64,000 nucleotides of DNA from a bacterium (GTDB taxonomy: Bacteria; Electryoneota; JAOADG01). The stretch is from positions 32,001-96,000 of the forward strand of contig OY820579.1 in assembly GCA_963681965.1 (NCBI GenBank), written 5' to 3'. The translations under genes and the position numbers were made by a program. The notes under the pieces were generated by a model that searched no databases, was not told the origin of the DNA, and was given only the letters and a program-made list of their open reading frames with translations. Shown piece after piece: positions 19,003-29,485 of the stretch. Position 1 is the first letter of the stretch, and each line of letters begins with the position of its first letter.

Positions 19003-20670
19003 ATGACCCGATCTGTCTCACGAACTCCGCACCCGCCATCCGACCAAAATCATGCTGTCGAATCATCCAACCGGAATCTTCCCACACAATGGAATTCCGA
19101 ATCGGACTTACGTGCGGTATTGGACAACACGCACCGTGCGTACTTGCTATTGGATCGCGATGGTAAGATTCTACTGCTGAACAAGACAGCACAACAACTC
19201 TTCCGAGATTTCTATTCCTACGATTGTGCCCCGGGCGATCCATTGCAATTCATTGCAGAAAAAATGAACGACTTCGATTATGGTTTTCATTTCCGCTCGG
19301 TGCTTGACGGGAATTGGTTGACTTATCAGAAGCCGTTGATTCGCGAGGATGGCTCCGAATGCTGGTTTGAATTTCATTACGAACCGGTACTTGACAACAA
19401 TAACCATGTAGCCCGGGTTGTAATCAGCGCAACGGATATTACCGAACAGAAACAATCGGATTTCGAACGTCAGCGATTGCGGGAACGATTGCTCTCTCTG
19501 CAGAAGACGGAAAGCTTGCGGACGCTTGCGGGTGGGATTGCGCACGATTTCAACAATCTATTGGGTGGTATTCTCGGTTTCGCGGAATTATCGATGCTGT
19601 CGTTATCGGAGAGTTCTCCGGTTTACGATTACATGAAGAAAATCGAAACGGCAACTCATCGTGCTGCAGCACTCAGTAAATCTTTGCTCGCTTTTTCCGG
19701 TCACGGTAAATTCAATGTGCAATCGATCGAAGTAAACGACACGATCGAAAATCTTCTGCTCACACTGATTGCGGCAGTTAAAGGAAAATGCTCAATCTCG
19801 TTCGTTCCGCATTCGGTACCATTATCGATCGATGCCGATGTCCAGCAATTCAGTCAACTGCTGCTCAATCTGGTTTTGAATGCTGCCGAAGCGTATCAAG
19901 ACGATGAAAAGGGATCCATCACGATTACTACCGGTCTCATTTCATTCGACGATAATTTACGATTAGCGTGTCAATTCGATTCGGATGCACTTCAAGGGGA
20001 AGCGATCGCGATCGAAATTTGCGACGATGGAATCGGAATCGATCAGGAAACACTCCTTAAAATATTCGATCCATTCTTCTCGACGAAGCAATTCGGACGC
20101 GGTCTTGGACTTGCCGCCGTACAGGGAATTATTCGCAGCCACAGTGGCGCAGCGAAAATTGAAACTGCACCCAATCTCGGCACGAAATTCAGTATTTACC
20201 TTCCTCGATCAAGTGCCGCCATTTCCGAACGGATCGATTACACAACTGCGATTTCTGAAGAGACGTATACGATTTTGGTGATCGACGACGATGAATCGTT
20301 GCTGACGATCGAGCGCAGTATCCTTGAAAAAGCCGGTTACGATGTTATTTCAGCAAACGATGGTATCAAGGCGATCGACGCGCTTCGCGAAAACCGCGAT
20401 CGTATTTCGCTCGCAGTACTCGATGTAACGATGCCGATTATGAGCGGTGAAGTGGTATTGGAACACTTATTGACGATTAAAGAAGATCTGAAAGTGATCG
20501 TTACTAGCGGTTTTGGTGAAGCGGATATCGCAGCAAAATTCATTCGTCACAAACCGACGGTATTTCTCCCGAAACCGTTTAGTTTCGAGCAACTCGTCTC
20601 GAGTATCAACAATCTGCTGAATCAAGATCCGAAATCGGAGAAGTTGATTGCCAACGAATCGATGCTCTAG
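19003..20670 (+). CDS. PAS hybrid histidine kinase with receiver domain
   Basis: GGIAHDFNNLL, NLVLNA, DPFFSTK, GRGLGL, ILVIDDD...LDVTMP. Confidence 0.92.
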   Translation: MTRSVSRTPHPPSDQNHAVESSNRNLPTQWNSESDLRAVLDNTHRAYLLLDRDGKILLLNKTAQQLFRDFYSYDCAPGDPLQFIAEKMNDFDYGFHFRSVLDGNWLTYQKPLIREDGSECWFEFHYEPVLDNNNHVARVVISATDITEQKQSDFERQRLRERLLSLQKTESLRTLAGGIAHDFNNLLGGILGFAELSMLSLSESSPVYDYMKKIETATHRAAALSKSLLAFSGHGKFNVQSIEVNDTIENLLLTLIAAVKGKCSISFVPHSVPLSIDADVQQFSQLLLNLVLNAAEAYQDDEKGSITITTGLISFDDNLRLACQFDSDALQGEAIAIEICDDGIGIDQETLLKIFDPFFSTKQFGRGLGLAAVQGIIRSHSGAAKIETAPNLGTKFSIYLPRSSAAISERIDYTTAISEETYTILVIDDDESLLTIERSILEKAGYDVISANDGIKAIDALRENRDRISLAVLDVTMPIMSGEVVLEHLLTIKEDLKVIVTSGFGEADIAAKFIRHKPTVFLPKPFSFEQLVSSINNLLNQDPKSEKLIANESML

Positions 20671-20901
20671 TTTTCGAAGGTTTCAACTTATTCATTCCCA
20701 TCATTCAATCTCTCAACCTCTATTCCCACTGATAACTTATTTTCTGCCAACGAATACATAATGAGTTACGATTTAAAATTAGATCTACATCACAACAAAT
20801 TTGATTAAATTTAAATTTTGGGTTGCGAACATCGTTACCTTCTTCTTACCCTTTATGGTAGTATGATTACAAGCCTATTTCATGATTCTATTGATGAGGT
20901 T

Positions 20902-22440
20902 ATGATGAAAACACGTCTGTTTTTTCTGCTTTTGTCGATGCTCTTCGCAATTTCTTCTTGTAGTCGATCTCCCAATGGGAGTAGCGATAACAGCATCAAC
21001 AACTCTAGTCCTTCATTAGTCCACTTCTCTGCAACGTCGACTCAGACCAACTATCAGAGCGATACGCTTCGCTTCGATGTTTCAGTAACCGATCGAAATG
21101 GTGCTCGTTACACGGGAGATGGTGCGGTTTGCTGGCATCGACTATCTACGGCTAGTGGTTCCTGGCGGTTTGATACTACTCCGATTGCGAATGGTATCGC
21201 ATCGAATGTATACATGCGGGGATCGGGATCAGATTTATCTGCCGACACACTCATCGTGTGTCTCCTCGATGAATTTTCAACCAACGACACGCTCGTTTTA
21301 CGACCGCGAATTCGACCGATGCGCTTTGGATTGACGTTGGATTCCGTCAATACGTCACGTATTGCTGTTGGTGGTTCTACCACTCGATTATTGGCGCAGG
21401 TTCATTTCGAGCGCGTGATTTATTCACCAGTGGGTGTACCGGTGCGGTTCACTATTGTCAATGCGATTAGTTTCGGGACTGCGCCGTATCGTCCGGCGTT
21501 ACTTCGAACTTCAAGTGGATCAATCGGATACGATACACTCACAGCAGCGACTGACGATCACGGAGTCGCAGGGATTTATCTGTTGACCGGAAACCGAGCC
21601 GGTAACGTACAAGTGGCCGCTGAGGTTTTGAATCCGACCACTGGACAACCATTTTCACCGCCTATTCGCAATCAATATGCCAATCTCGCTATCATTCCGG
21701 GTGCTCCGGACAGCGTCGATTGGACAATCGATTCGCTCGATTTCCAGCAAGAAGGGGGGGGGATCTGGACCATTTCACTTCCGACAATCACGGTTCGCGA
21801 CCGGTTTCGCAATCTAATCCATTCTTCATTTTCGTATTCAGTGTCGCCGGAATCGCTGGCAGTAATCGTCGGCGGTAGCACTCCAAGATTGCAGTTTCAC
21901 GGTCTAAACACAATGGATACTGTGTTGTTTACGTGTACCGATACGTTGTTAAATCTTACGGTGAGAAATCGTTTTGCGCTGCCGTTGTTAGGTGGGTATG
22001 TTCAATTAACTAGTATTCCTGGTACTTGTTTCTTTACTTCCGGTCGCGAAACAGCCACTCTGGTTGTCTATGCACTTATTCGAGATGGCTACGGTAGCCG
22101 AATACCGCGGGTGCCGGTCGAGTTTACAACGCAATATGGACATTTTTATAAAACTACAACCGAAGCCGCTTCCGAGGTATACAATCCACCGCTAGTGAAT
22201 GGTTTGCAAAATGGGATTGCACCGAATGTTAGACGCACGGGGAACTACAGCTTTCCGGTACCGGGATATACCGATCCGAACGGCATTGGCACTGCGACTC
22301 TGTATTTGCGAGTGAATGAATCTGATGTCTTTACGAATCCAGAAGTGATTGAGCTGAATGGCGAGATCAATGCTCACGTACCGGGTTACAATATTCAATC
22401 GGCAAGATATATAGTCAATTACCAACGATCAACGCGTTGA
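20902..22440 (+). CDS. Lipoprotein with Ig-like (invasin-type) domains
   Basis: MMKTRLFFLLLSMLFAISSC; VPVRFT...TDDHGVA and RDGYGSRIPRVPVEF motifs. Confidence 0.7.
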   Translation: MMKTRLFFLLLSMLFAISSCSRSPNGSSDNSINNSSPSLVHFSATSTQTNYQSDTLRFDVSVTDRNGARYTGDGAVCWHRLSTASGSWRFDTTPIANGIASNVYMRGSGSDLSADTLIVCLLDEFSTNDTLVLRPRIRPMRFGLTLDSVNTSRIAVGGSTTRLLAQVHFERVIYSPVGVPVRFTIVNAISFGTAPYRPALLRTSSGSIGYDTLTAATDDHGVAGIYLLTGNRAGNVQVAAEVLNPTTGQPFSPPIRNQYANLAIIPGAPDSVDWTIDSLDFQQEGGGIWTISLPTITVRDRFRNLIHSSFSYSVSPESLAVIVGGSTPRLQFHGLNTMDTVLFTCTDTLLNLTVRNRFALPLLGGYVQLTSIPGTCFFTSGRETATLVVYALIRDGYGSRIPRVPVEFTTQYGHFYKTTTEAASEVYNPPLVNGLQNGIAPNVRRTGNYSFPVPGYTDPNGIGTATLYLRVNESDVFTNPEVIELNGEINAHVPGYNIQSARYIVNYQRSTR

Positions 22441-22458
22441 TTGTGGCTTGATCTAGCG

Positions 22459-22488
22459 AAAAGGGCGGTGTGAACACCGCTCTTTTTT
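22459..22488. terminator. Bidirectional terminator between convergent genes
   Basis: aaaagggcggtg-tgaa-caccgctctttttt. Confidence 0.8.
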
Positions 22489-23177
22489 TATTCTCTTTCA
22501 GTAGTTTCTGATTCTGAATCAATTCGATCAGTTTCGATGATTGGTTCGGGTGGGTGTTCCGAATCCGTCATCGGTGTTTCCAAGTCGACTGGTGTGCTCG
22601 GTTCAGGAAGTTCGGCTGAATTCTGTGATTGTTCAGCGACAGTTTCTGGTTCTTTCGTTGCATCGTCGCGGAAAGTGGTTTGATATTCTTCGATGAGATC
22701 GGTTAGTTTCGTCACGCCGAATAACTCGAGGAAGAGGTCGGTGACGCGGAAGAATGCCGCACGACCGGGGGTTTCTTCGCGACCGGCTTCTTCAATTAAT
22801 CCGCGCGCTTGAAGGCTGTTGACAACACTATCGGAATCGACTCCGCGCAAGCGATCAATTTCGGAACGGGTTGCAGTTTTTTGCATTACGATAATTGCGA
22901 GTACTTCCAAAGCAGGTCGAGTAATCTTTGCCGGTTCGCCGCGAACGGAAATCAACAACTGAGCGAATTCGGGACGGGTACGCAAGCGAATCGCCGAACC
23001 TTCGCGCGACACAAACAGCGAGTGTCCTTCATTGCGGTACTGCTCTTCCAGCAATTCCAACTCGCGATCGACCCGACCGACCGGCATGACGAGCAATTCG
23101 GCAATCCTCGCGAGTGTCAGCGGGTTATCAGTGGCAAATAGCAATGCTTCCAGTTGTGCACGTTCAGGTGTTAACAT
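22488..23177 (-). CDS. scpB: SMC-Scp complex subunit ScpB
   Basis: LEALLFA, ALEVLAII, TRSEIDRLRGV, TPGRA...FLELFG. Confidence 0.92.
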   Translation of the reverse strand: MLTPERAQLEALLFATDNPLTLARIAELLVMPVGRVDRELELLEEQYRNEGHSLFVSREGSAIRLRTRPEFAQLLISVRGEPAKITRPALEVLAIIVMQKTATRSEIDRLRGVDSDSVVNSLQARGLIEEAGREETPGRAAFFRVTDLFLELFGVTKLTDLIEEYQTTFRDDATKEPETVAEQSQNSAELPEPSTPVDLETPMTDSEHPPEPIIETDRIDSESETTERE

Positions 23178-23190
23178 GAATGGTTCCGGA

Positions 23191-24030
23191 TTATTCTTCC
23201 TTCGAATACGACAAGGGTAATTCCAACTCTTCGGTCTTTTCTTCTGTCGGCAGGATTGGTGTTTTCACACGGGTAAGATAAATCGCGCCAGTCTCTTCGT
23301 CCTGTTCGATCAAGACGATTTGTTGCGTCACCAATTCCAGCAACGTCAAGAAGGTCAGTACTTTGTCGATCAGCGATTCACCGCGCCAGATCGCGCGCAA
23401 TTCTTTGCGCTCATGTAGCGGCAACCGGTGAATCAGTATCTCGCGACGATTGGCAATCGGTTCGTCACCTTTCGGCAACACGCGAATCTGCTCGCGCGGA
23501 CGCATGACCAATTCGCGGTATATCTGCAACAGTGCGCGACGCGTCTTCTCATTGACCGGTGTCAACGGCTTGGTGCGATCGCCCGCTCCCAATCCTCGCG
23601 GAAAGGTGCCCCACCAACTGCGGTAGCGACGTGCGAGCATCGTGGCAAAACGATTGTGTTCACGTTCGTCCGTCCAATTTTCCGGTTCGGGCGGTTTGAC
23701 CATTGCCACTTCGGGCAAACCGATTTTTCCGAGCAAAGCGCTTTTTACTTCAAGCAGCAACGCATCGTAATAAATCGACGTACCGGCACCGAGGATATCG
23801 CGCCCGGCGAGTGTCGGCATCGTTTTGAAGACCTGCTCCGCCACTGCGATGGGGGGAATCTCCTTGGTATCCAATTCACCGCGACGAAGCAGGAAGCAGA
23901 GTACATCGAGGGGACCTTTGAAGGCGGGTAGATCGACTTGCACGATCCCCTCAAAGATAGACTCCTGCGGTTCCTCGACAGTAGTGTCGAGGGGTTCTTC
24001 GTCGATGATTTCGATCGGTGCGCTGCTCAT
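23191..24030 (-). CDS. scpA: Segregation/condensation protein ScpA (divergent)
   Basis: FKGPLDVLCFL, KSALL, TFLTLLEL; upstream of scpB. Confidence 0.85.
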   Translation of the reverse strand: MSSAPIEIIDEEPLDTTVEEPQESIFEGIVQVDLPAFKGPLDVLCFLLRRGELDTKEIPPIAVAEQVFKTMPTLAGRDILGAGTSIYYDALLLEVKSALLGKIGLPEVAMVKPPEPENWTDEREHNRFATMLARRYRSWWGTFPRGLGAGDRTKPLTPVNEKTRRALLQIYRELVMRPREQIRVLPKGDEPIANRREILIHRLPLHERKELRAIWRGESLIDKVLTFLTLLELVTQQIVLIEQDEETGAIYLTRVKTPILPTEEKTEELELPLSYSKEE

Positions 24031-24037
24031 CGGATCA

Positions 24038-25057
24038 TCAGTTCTCGAAGCCCATCAATACGCGGACTTCCGACATGGTTTTTTCGGCTTCAATCCGTGC
24101 TCGTGTTTCGCCATCGAGCAGAATCTCGCGCACCACCTCGGGTTTGCTCGCATACTCGGCGCGTTTTTCTTGAATCGGATTCAGGAATTCGAGTATCTTA
24201 TCACCGCATCGTTTCTTGCAGGCAACACAACCCAACGCTCCGGATTTACAATCCTGTTCGATCTGCGCAGTTTCACCCAGATTAAATTTCTGGTGATAAG
24301 TGTAGATCGTACAGATTTCAGGACGTCCGGGATCGCTCTTTCGGACTTTCTGCTCATCGGTGATAGCACCGCGGAGCTTCGCTCGAATCTCATCTTCGGG
24401 ATCGGACATCAAGATCGTATTGCCGAGCGATTTTGACATGCGCCGTCGATCCAATCCGGGGAGTCGAGCAAATTGTCCGACGCGCGGTTCTGGTTCTGGA
24501 AATACCGGTTCGCGGTTTTCGCAGAACACAAAATTGAAGCGCCGCGCCAATTCGCGTGCCAACTCGATGTGCGGTACTTGATCCTCGCCGACCGGCACCA
24601 AATGTGCTTTGTAGACAAGAATGTCGGCAGCCTGCAATACCGGATAACCGATATGACCGTAGGAAAATTCATCTTCCATTCCAAGATCGCGAATCTGCTC
24701 TTTGAAGGTCGGATTGCGTTGCAATCGACCGAAGCTGATCAACATCGAAAACAGTAAATGGAGTTCGGCATGTTCGCGTACCTGCGACTGGCGAAAAATC
24801 GGCGATTGCTGCGGATCGATTCCCGCGGCAAGCCAATCGAGCACCATTTCATAGGTGTTTTCCCAAATCTTTTCCGGGTGTTGATAGTCGGTAGTAAGTA
24901 CATGCCAATCGGCGACAAGATGAAAGTTGTCGTATTCCGATTGCAAATTCACCCAGTTTTCCAAGACGGTGAAATGACCTAGATGAAGCTTTCCCGTGGG
25001 TCTCATCCCCGAGAGAATTCGCTTCCGCTGCGGTGCCACATTGCCTCCTGTTACCAT
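24038..25057 (-). CDS. trpS: Tryptophanyl-tRNA synthetase
   Basis: SGMRPTGKLHLGH, YPVLQAADIL, VPVGEDQ, RMSKS. Confidence 0.97.
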   Translation of the reverse strand: MVTGGNVAPQRKRILSGMRPTGKLHLGHFTVLENWVNLQSEYDNFHLVADWHVLTTDYQHPEKIWENTYEMVLDWLAAGIDPQQSPIFRQSQVREHAELHLLFSMLISFGRLQRNPTFKEQIRDLGMEDEFSYGHIGYPVLQAADILVYKAHLVPVGEDQVPHIELARELARRFNFVFCENREPVFPEPEPRVGQFARLPGLDRRRMSKSLGNTILMSDPEDEIRAKLRGAITDEQKVRKSDPGRPEICTIYTYHQKFNLGETAQIEQDCKSGALGCVACKKRCGDKILEFLNPIQEKRAEYASKPEVVREILLDGETRARIEAEKTMSEVRVLMGFEN

Positions 25058-25398
25058 TTATGAAAGATGAAAAACGAACCGATCAAAACGAATGCAAATC
25101 CCACCAGAACATTCCAGCGGATCGGTTCTTGTAAATACCACGCTGAAAAAAGAACGAAAATCGATAGCGTGATAATTTCCTGAATTGTCTTTAGTTGTGC
25201 GCCGGAATAATAGCCGTAGCCGATCCGATTGGCGGGAACCTGCAGACAATACTCGAATAGCGCAATTCCCCAACTGACCAAGATGGTTGCAATCAACGGC
25301 GACGATTTAAAACGAAGGTGTCCATACCATGCGAAGGTCATGAACACATTTGACCCGATCAGTAAAATGACCGGCATCCACAATCGGTACGACAACAC
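25051..25398 (-). CDS. DMT-family small membrane protein (DUF486-like)
   Basis: SNVFMTFAWYGHL, FEYCLQVPANRIG, QLKTIQEIIT. Confidence 0.88.
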   Translation of the reverse strand: MLSYRLWMPVILLIGSNVFMTFAWYGHLRFKSSPLIATILVSWGIALFEYCLQVPANRIGYGYYSGAQLKTIQEIITLSIFVLFSAWYLQEPIRWNVLVGFAFVLIGSFFIFHKW

Positions 25399-25448
25399 AG
25401 TGAATATTCCTGAGACGAATCAAAATCAGTGGATTCAATTTAATAGTT

Positions 25449-25472
25449 CGGGCGGACTAGTTTGTCCGCCCG
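25449..25472. repeat. REP-like palindrome
   Basis: cgggcggac-tagttt-gtccgcccg; the arms resemble the REP in the 114-bp element. Confidence 0.5.
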
Positions 25473-25561
25473 GTTGGGAACATCGCTCAATTTACAGCGT
25501 CTCTCTGCCGAAAACCACTCAATTGGTAGAAAAAAGTGTCGGCAATTCGCTTGGATCTTGA

Positions 25562-26677
25562 TTATAAAGCACTATATTCCAATCCTGTAAATTCGCTAAC
25601 CAGTTCCCGTGTCGCTTTTCCTTGCCATAATGTGATGCCACTTCGAACCGGTTCGGGGCATTCAAAGGTATTCCCAGTACCCTTTTCGGCGATGCAAAGC
25701 AGCATATCACCGACCAGATTAGTTAATAGATGCGAAGCAGTACGACCGACTGCAGCCGGTAAATTGGGCACACATAGGTGTGTCACGTTATCCTTGACGA
25801 ACACAGGATCGCGCAGGGATGTCGGTCGCGACGTTTCGATCGAACCACCCTGATCGATTGCGAGATCGACAACGACACTACCCGGCTTCATCGCTTTGAT
25901 CATCTCGGCAGAAACGACGTGAGGTGCGGGAAGATCTTCCATGTGGACGGCACTGATCAAGACATCGACGAATTTAGCGATGTTCATCAAATTACTCGGG
26001 ATCGCGACCATGGTTTCGAGATGCGGATACAACGTGTCGGGGAGCGTCCGTAATTGATCGGGAAAGCGGTCAAGAAGAAGTACCCGGGCACCGGCACCAA
26101 TTGCGGCACGAGTGGCGGAAATACCGGCAGCACCGGCACCAATCACAGCGATTTGCGCACCCGGCACCGAGGGAAGTGACGGCATTAAAATTCCGCGTCC
26201 ACCATGCTGCGTCTGCAGGTACGTTCCCGCCATTTGAACGGCTAATCGACCGCCAATTTCGCTCATCACCTGTCGTAATGGATAAGATCCATCATTAGAG
26301 CGAACGGATTCCAATGCCAGCGCACTGATCCTACGGTCGCGTAGTTCTGCCAGGTGTGCTTTCGACATTGATGCAATCAACAAGAAGCTGACAAGCAGTT
26401 GTTCTTCTTGCAATAGTTTTATTTCATCAAGCGATGGGGGTTGCACTTTGGCGACAATTTCGGCACGCGCAATCGCTTCCGACTGCGAATAGGCGATCAA
26501 AGCGCCACGGTCGGAATAATCGGTATCTTTCCAACCTGCCCGCTCCCCGGCTCCGGTCTGCACATATACGCGGTGACCAGCGGCAACTAACGCACCGACA
26601 CCATTGGGATTGAGCAATACGCGCGATTCTTCCGGAAAACTCTCCTTGAGTAATGAAATATCCATTGGCGCCCCCAT
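25562..26677 (-). CDS. Alanine dehydrogenase-like protein (divergent active site)
   Basis: KE...ESRV, MSEIGGRLAVQ, GGRGIL, IGAGAAG, DLAIDQGGSIETS, CVPNLP. Confidence 0.8.
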   Translation of the reverse strand: MGAPMDISLLKESFPEESRVLLNPNGVGALVAAGHRVYVQTGAGERAGWKDTDYSDRGALIAYSQSEAIARAEIVAKVQPPSLDEIKLLQEEQLLVSFLLIASMSKAHLAELRDRRISALALESVRSNDGSYPLRQVMSEIGGRLAVQMAGTYLQTQHGGRGILMPSLPSVPGAQIAVIGAGAAGISATRAAIGAGARVLLLDRFPDQLRTLPDTLYPHLETMVAIPSNLMNIAKFVDVLISAVHMEDLPAPHVVSAEMIKAMKPGSVVVDLAIDQGGSIETSRPTSLRDPVFVKDNVTHLCVPNLPAAVGRTASHLLTNLVGDMLLCIAEKGTGNTFECPEPVRSGITLWQGKATRELVSEFTGLEYSAL

Positions 26678-26823
26678 AAAATTCGATGATATGTTTCAAC
26701 AAACAAAACAAGTATATACCTGCGGATCTACTACCCGCTTGGTAGTGGTACGAAATTCACCCGGGATTGGTTTTGATCTGAATAAATAATTCCGAAATGA
26801 ATGAAACGATGCCGGTTGGATCG

Positions 26824-27156
26824 CTAGATCTCGATGAGTTCTCCGGTAAACATCTTTTCCTGAATATCGCCCATCGACACAATCCGTCCGGTGGCGAGTT
26901 GCTCGGAAATACCGTAATAATCGCAACAGGTTCTACAGGCGTAAAGGTGTACCCCCTCTTTCGCCATCAACAACAATGGTTCGATGATGGGCGAGTCCTG
27001 TAATAACATTTTCACACCTTCGTGGAGAAAGCAGATCGAATCCGGTTCGACAATCGATTCCGCCAGCGTTCGCCAGAAGTTAACAAACAGCTTATTGCCT
27101 AATTCATCATCTTTCCCGAGATACGTATGGGTAACCAGAATCACTTTATGACTCAT
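26824..27156 (-). CDS. DsrE-like protein (YedF C-terminal domain type)
   Basis: LGKDDELGNKL, FLHEGVK, ACRTCCDYY, GRIVSM. Confidence 0.75.
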   Translation of the reverse strand: MSHKVILVTHTYLGKDDELGNKLFVNFWRTLAESIVEPDSICFLHEGVKMLLQDSPIIEPLLLMAKEGVHLYACRTCCDYYGISEQLATGRIVSMGDIQEKMFTGELIEI

Positions 27157-27265
27157 TTTCGCTCCACATTTCGACAAACATCGTACCAGATTGATAATCA
27201 GAATTGGTGCTGCTTCAAAAGAAATTTACAAAGAACCGAAAAAAATAGATCGAAATAAAATATCG

Positions 27266-28114
27266 TTAAATGGTGGTTTCTACAATTGATCGCAACAATT
27301 TTAAATTCTTCTCGTACCCGGCTTCGCCTTCGGGTGTCTCGAGAATTCCGGGAACATTGGCAAACCGTGGATCATTCAGGAGATAGTAGAACGGTTTGAT
27401 TCCCAGCGAACCGAGCCCGATATCCTCGTGACGGTCGATTCTGCTGGCGAACGGTTTTTTGGAATCGTTCAAATGAAAAGCCCGCAGATGTTCGATACCG
27501 ATCAATCGATCGAATTCCTCCATTACATCATTGTATTTGTTTGCAGTGTCGTAGCCCGCGCTATAGGTGTGACAGGTATCGAAACAGATGCCGATACGCT
27601 CGGGTTCTTTCACGTTGTCCCGAATAAATGCGAGATGCTCGAATTTATATCCGAGATTCGTCCCTTGACCCGCAGTCGTTTCGAGCAGTGTCATCGTTTT
27701 CAGACCGGGCATGGCAGTGTGAATCTCATCGACCGATTTCACCATCTCCTGCAATCCCCACTCTTCCCCTTGCTTCAGATGGGAACCGGGATGCGTGACT
27801 AGAAACGGAACGTCCAAAGCCTCGCAGCGCGCCAGTTCATCGAGAAATCCTTTAATCGATTTCTGACGATTATCGGGATCGGGTGCGCAGAGATTGATTA
27901 AATAGCTATCGTGCGAAGTCGTATTACGGGGATCGATCCCGTTGCTTGAGAGTTGTTCTTTCCAGCCGCGGATGTTGGAATCCGTAAGTGGTTTGGCAAA
28001 CCATTGGTTTTGATTTTTGGTAAAGATTTGAATTGCTTTGCATCCCAACGCGAAGGCAGAAGGTGGTGCTTTATCCACTCCGCCGGCAGTTGAGATATGT
28101 GCGCCCAGGATCAT
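27266..28114 (-). CDS. nfo: Endonuclease IV
   Basis: GAHIS, HDSYLINL, HPGSH, ETTAGQG, DTCH, HLNDSK, DRHE, ILETP. Confidence 0.96.
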   Translation of the reverse strand: MILGAHISTAGGVDKAPPSAFALGCKAIQIFTKNQNQWFAKPLTDSNIRGWKEQLSSNGIDPRNTTSHDSYLINLCAPDPDNRQKSIKGFLDELARCEALDVPFLVTHPGSHLKQGEEWGLQEMVKSVDEIHTAMPGLKTMTLLETTAGQGTNLGYKFEHLAFIRDNVKEPERIGICFDTCHTYSAGYDTANKYNDVMEEFDRLIGIEHLRAFHLNDSKKPFASRIDRHEDIGLGSLGIKPFYYLLNDPRFANVPGILETPEGEAGYEKNLKLLRSIVETTI

Positions 28115-28182
28115 TCTCACTCCAATATTCCAATGTAATATTATACGATTCATCACTTAAGGCAAGTAAAATCAGAAATCAG

Positions 28183-28210
28183 AAAAAAAAGACGGGCTTT
28201 ATGCCCGTCT
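28183..28210 (-). terminator. Terminator after the decarboxylase operon
   Basis: Minus strand agacgggc-ataaa-gcccgtct followed by a T-run. Confidence 0.8.
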
Positions 28211-28236
28211 ATTTATTTCAAATTGTAATCGATCGA

Positions 28237-29475
28237 CTATTTGAAAAAGGGTGCCAGAGAAATATATACTCCGGTTAAGATTGCAGTTGTAATGACTCCG
28301 CTAATATTCGCACCGATTGCATCGGGGAGAATGATCGCTTCGTTATTCACCTCGGAAACGGATTTCTGAGCGACTTTGGCAGTGGTCGGTACGCAGGAAA
28401 CTCCGGCAATTCCGATGGTCGGATTGAATTTTCCGCGTTTGATGTAGTACAGGATGTAACCTCCCATCAGTCCACCAATTCCCGACAACAAGAGTGCGAC
28501 AATTCCGAGTATCAGCAGCAGCAGTACTTTTGGATTCAGGATAGTACTAGCTTCGCAGAGGATTCCGAGCAACAATCCCAGAAAGAAGGTCGAACCATAG
28601 AGCACCGGACCTTCAATGAATTCTTGAATTTTTTTGATCCCTGCCTCACGCACGGCAACACCAACAAAAAGCGAGAGAAACAACGGTGCAGCGACGGGAA
28701 ATAGCAAACATAGAACAGTGCAGGAGACTACGGCGAATGCAAGTTTCTGTCCGGAAGTAATATTGCGGATTTTTTTCGGTGGCTCAGCTTTGATCCCTCG
28801 AAGTTTTCGGGGAACTAGCAACTTTATTAAATATGGATACCCACCGTAGGTCAAACCGAGATAGAGATATGCCACCACGGTGATTGGGACGAACGTATGC
28901 TTCGCTAATGTCAACGAAGTGTAGAGAACCATCGGACCATCGGCACCACCAACCATTGCAATCGAAGCGGCTTCCCCTTTATCGAGACCCATCGCCATCG
29001 CGATCGGAAACGTGGCAACGGTTCCCAATTCGGCGCAGAGCGCTAGAAACATACTCTGGAACGGTTTGGCGATAACGTAGCCGACGTCCAACAGGACACC
29101 AATGCCCATAAACACGAGACATGCAATGAGACCGTTGCTGAAGGTGAAAGTATAGATCGGTTGGAGAAAATCGATCTGCAGGATTGTCATCAGATCGTCG
29201 GTTTTCGCTACCAGTGGTGCGACAAATAGATTTCCGGTTTTTGCACCGACTGCAGCCGCCGACACAGTGTCGAGTGAAAGGACTCCGGCATTGACCGCGC
29301 ACATACCGAGACCCATCGGGATCATAAGCAGCGGTTCAAGCACTTCTTTCTTACCCAGATAAACCAGCACCATCCCGAGAATCATCAGGCAGATCCGCGA
29401 TATGACAAGCATGGGATGGGCTTCCACCATGGTGGCGATACCACCGAACAGATCGAGAATATTGAACGAGTTCAT
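28237..29475 (-). CDS. Na+-translocating decarboxylase beta subunit (OadB/MmdB family)
   Basis: EPLLMIPMG, FMGIG, GGADGP, AGVSCVP, GANISGVI. Confidence 0.93.
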   Translation of the reverse strand: MNSFNILDLFGGIATMVEAHPMLVISRICLMILGMVLVYLGKKEVLEPLLMIPMGLGMCAVNAGVLSLDTVSAAAVGAKTGNLFVAPLVAKTDDLMTILQIDFLQPIYTFTFSNGLIACLVFMGIGVLLDVGYVIAKPFQSMFLALCAELGTVATFPIAMAMGLDKGEAASIAMVGGADGPMVLYTSLTLAKHTFVPITVVAYLYLGLTYGGYPYLIKLLVPRKLRGIKAEPPKKIRNITSGQKLAFAVVSCTVLCLLFPVAAPLFLSLFVGVAVREAGIKKIQEFIEGPVLYGSTFFLGLLLGILCEASTILNPKVLLLLILGIVALLLSGIGGLMGGYILYYIKRGKFNPTIGIAGVSCVPTTAKVAQKSVSEVNNEAIILPDAIGANISGVITTAILTGVYISLAPFFK

Positions 29476-29485
29476 AGAAAGTCCA

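Noticed and set aside
11278-20670. Alphaproteobacterial CcrM/CckA cell-cycle circuit
   Set aside because: AHDFNN hybrid kinases are widespread, the genes are not adjacent, and no CtrA or ChpT is seen.
26824-27156. Selenium utilisation locus or selenoproteins
   Set aside because: Only a DsrE-like domain is present; no selD and no convincing in-frame TGA read-through was noticed.
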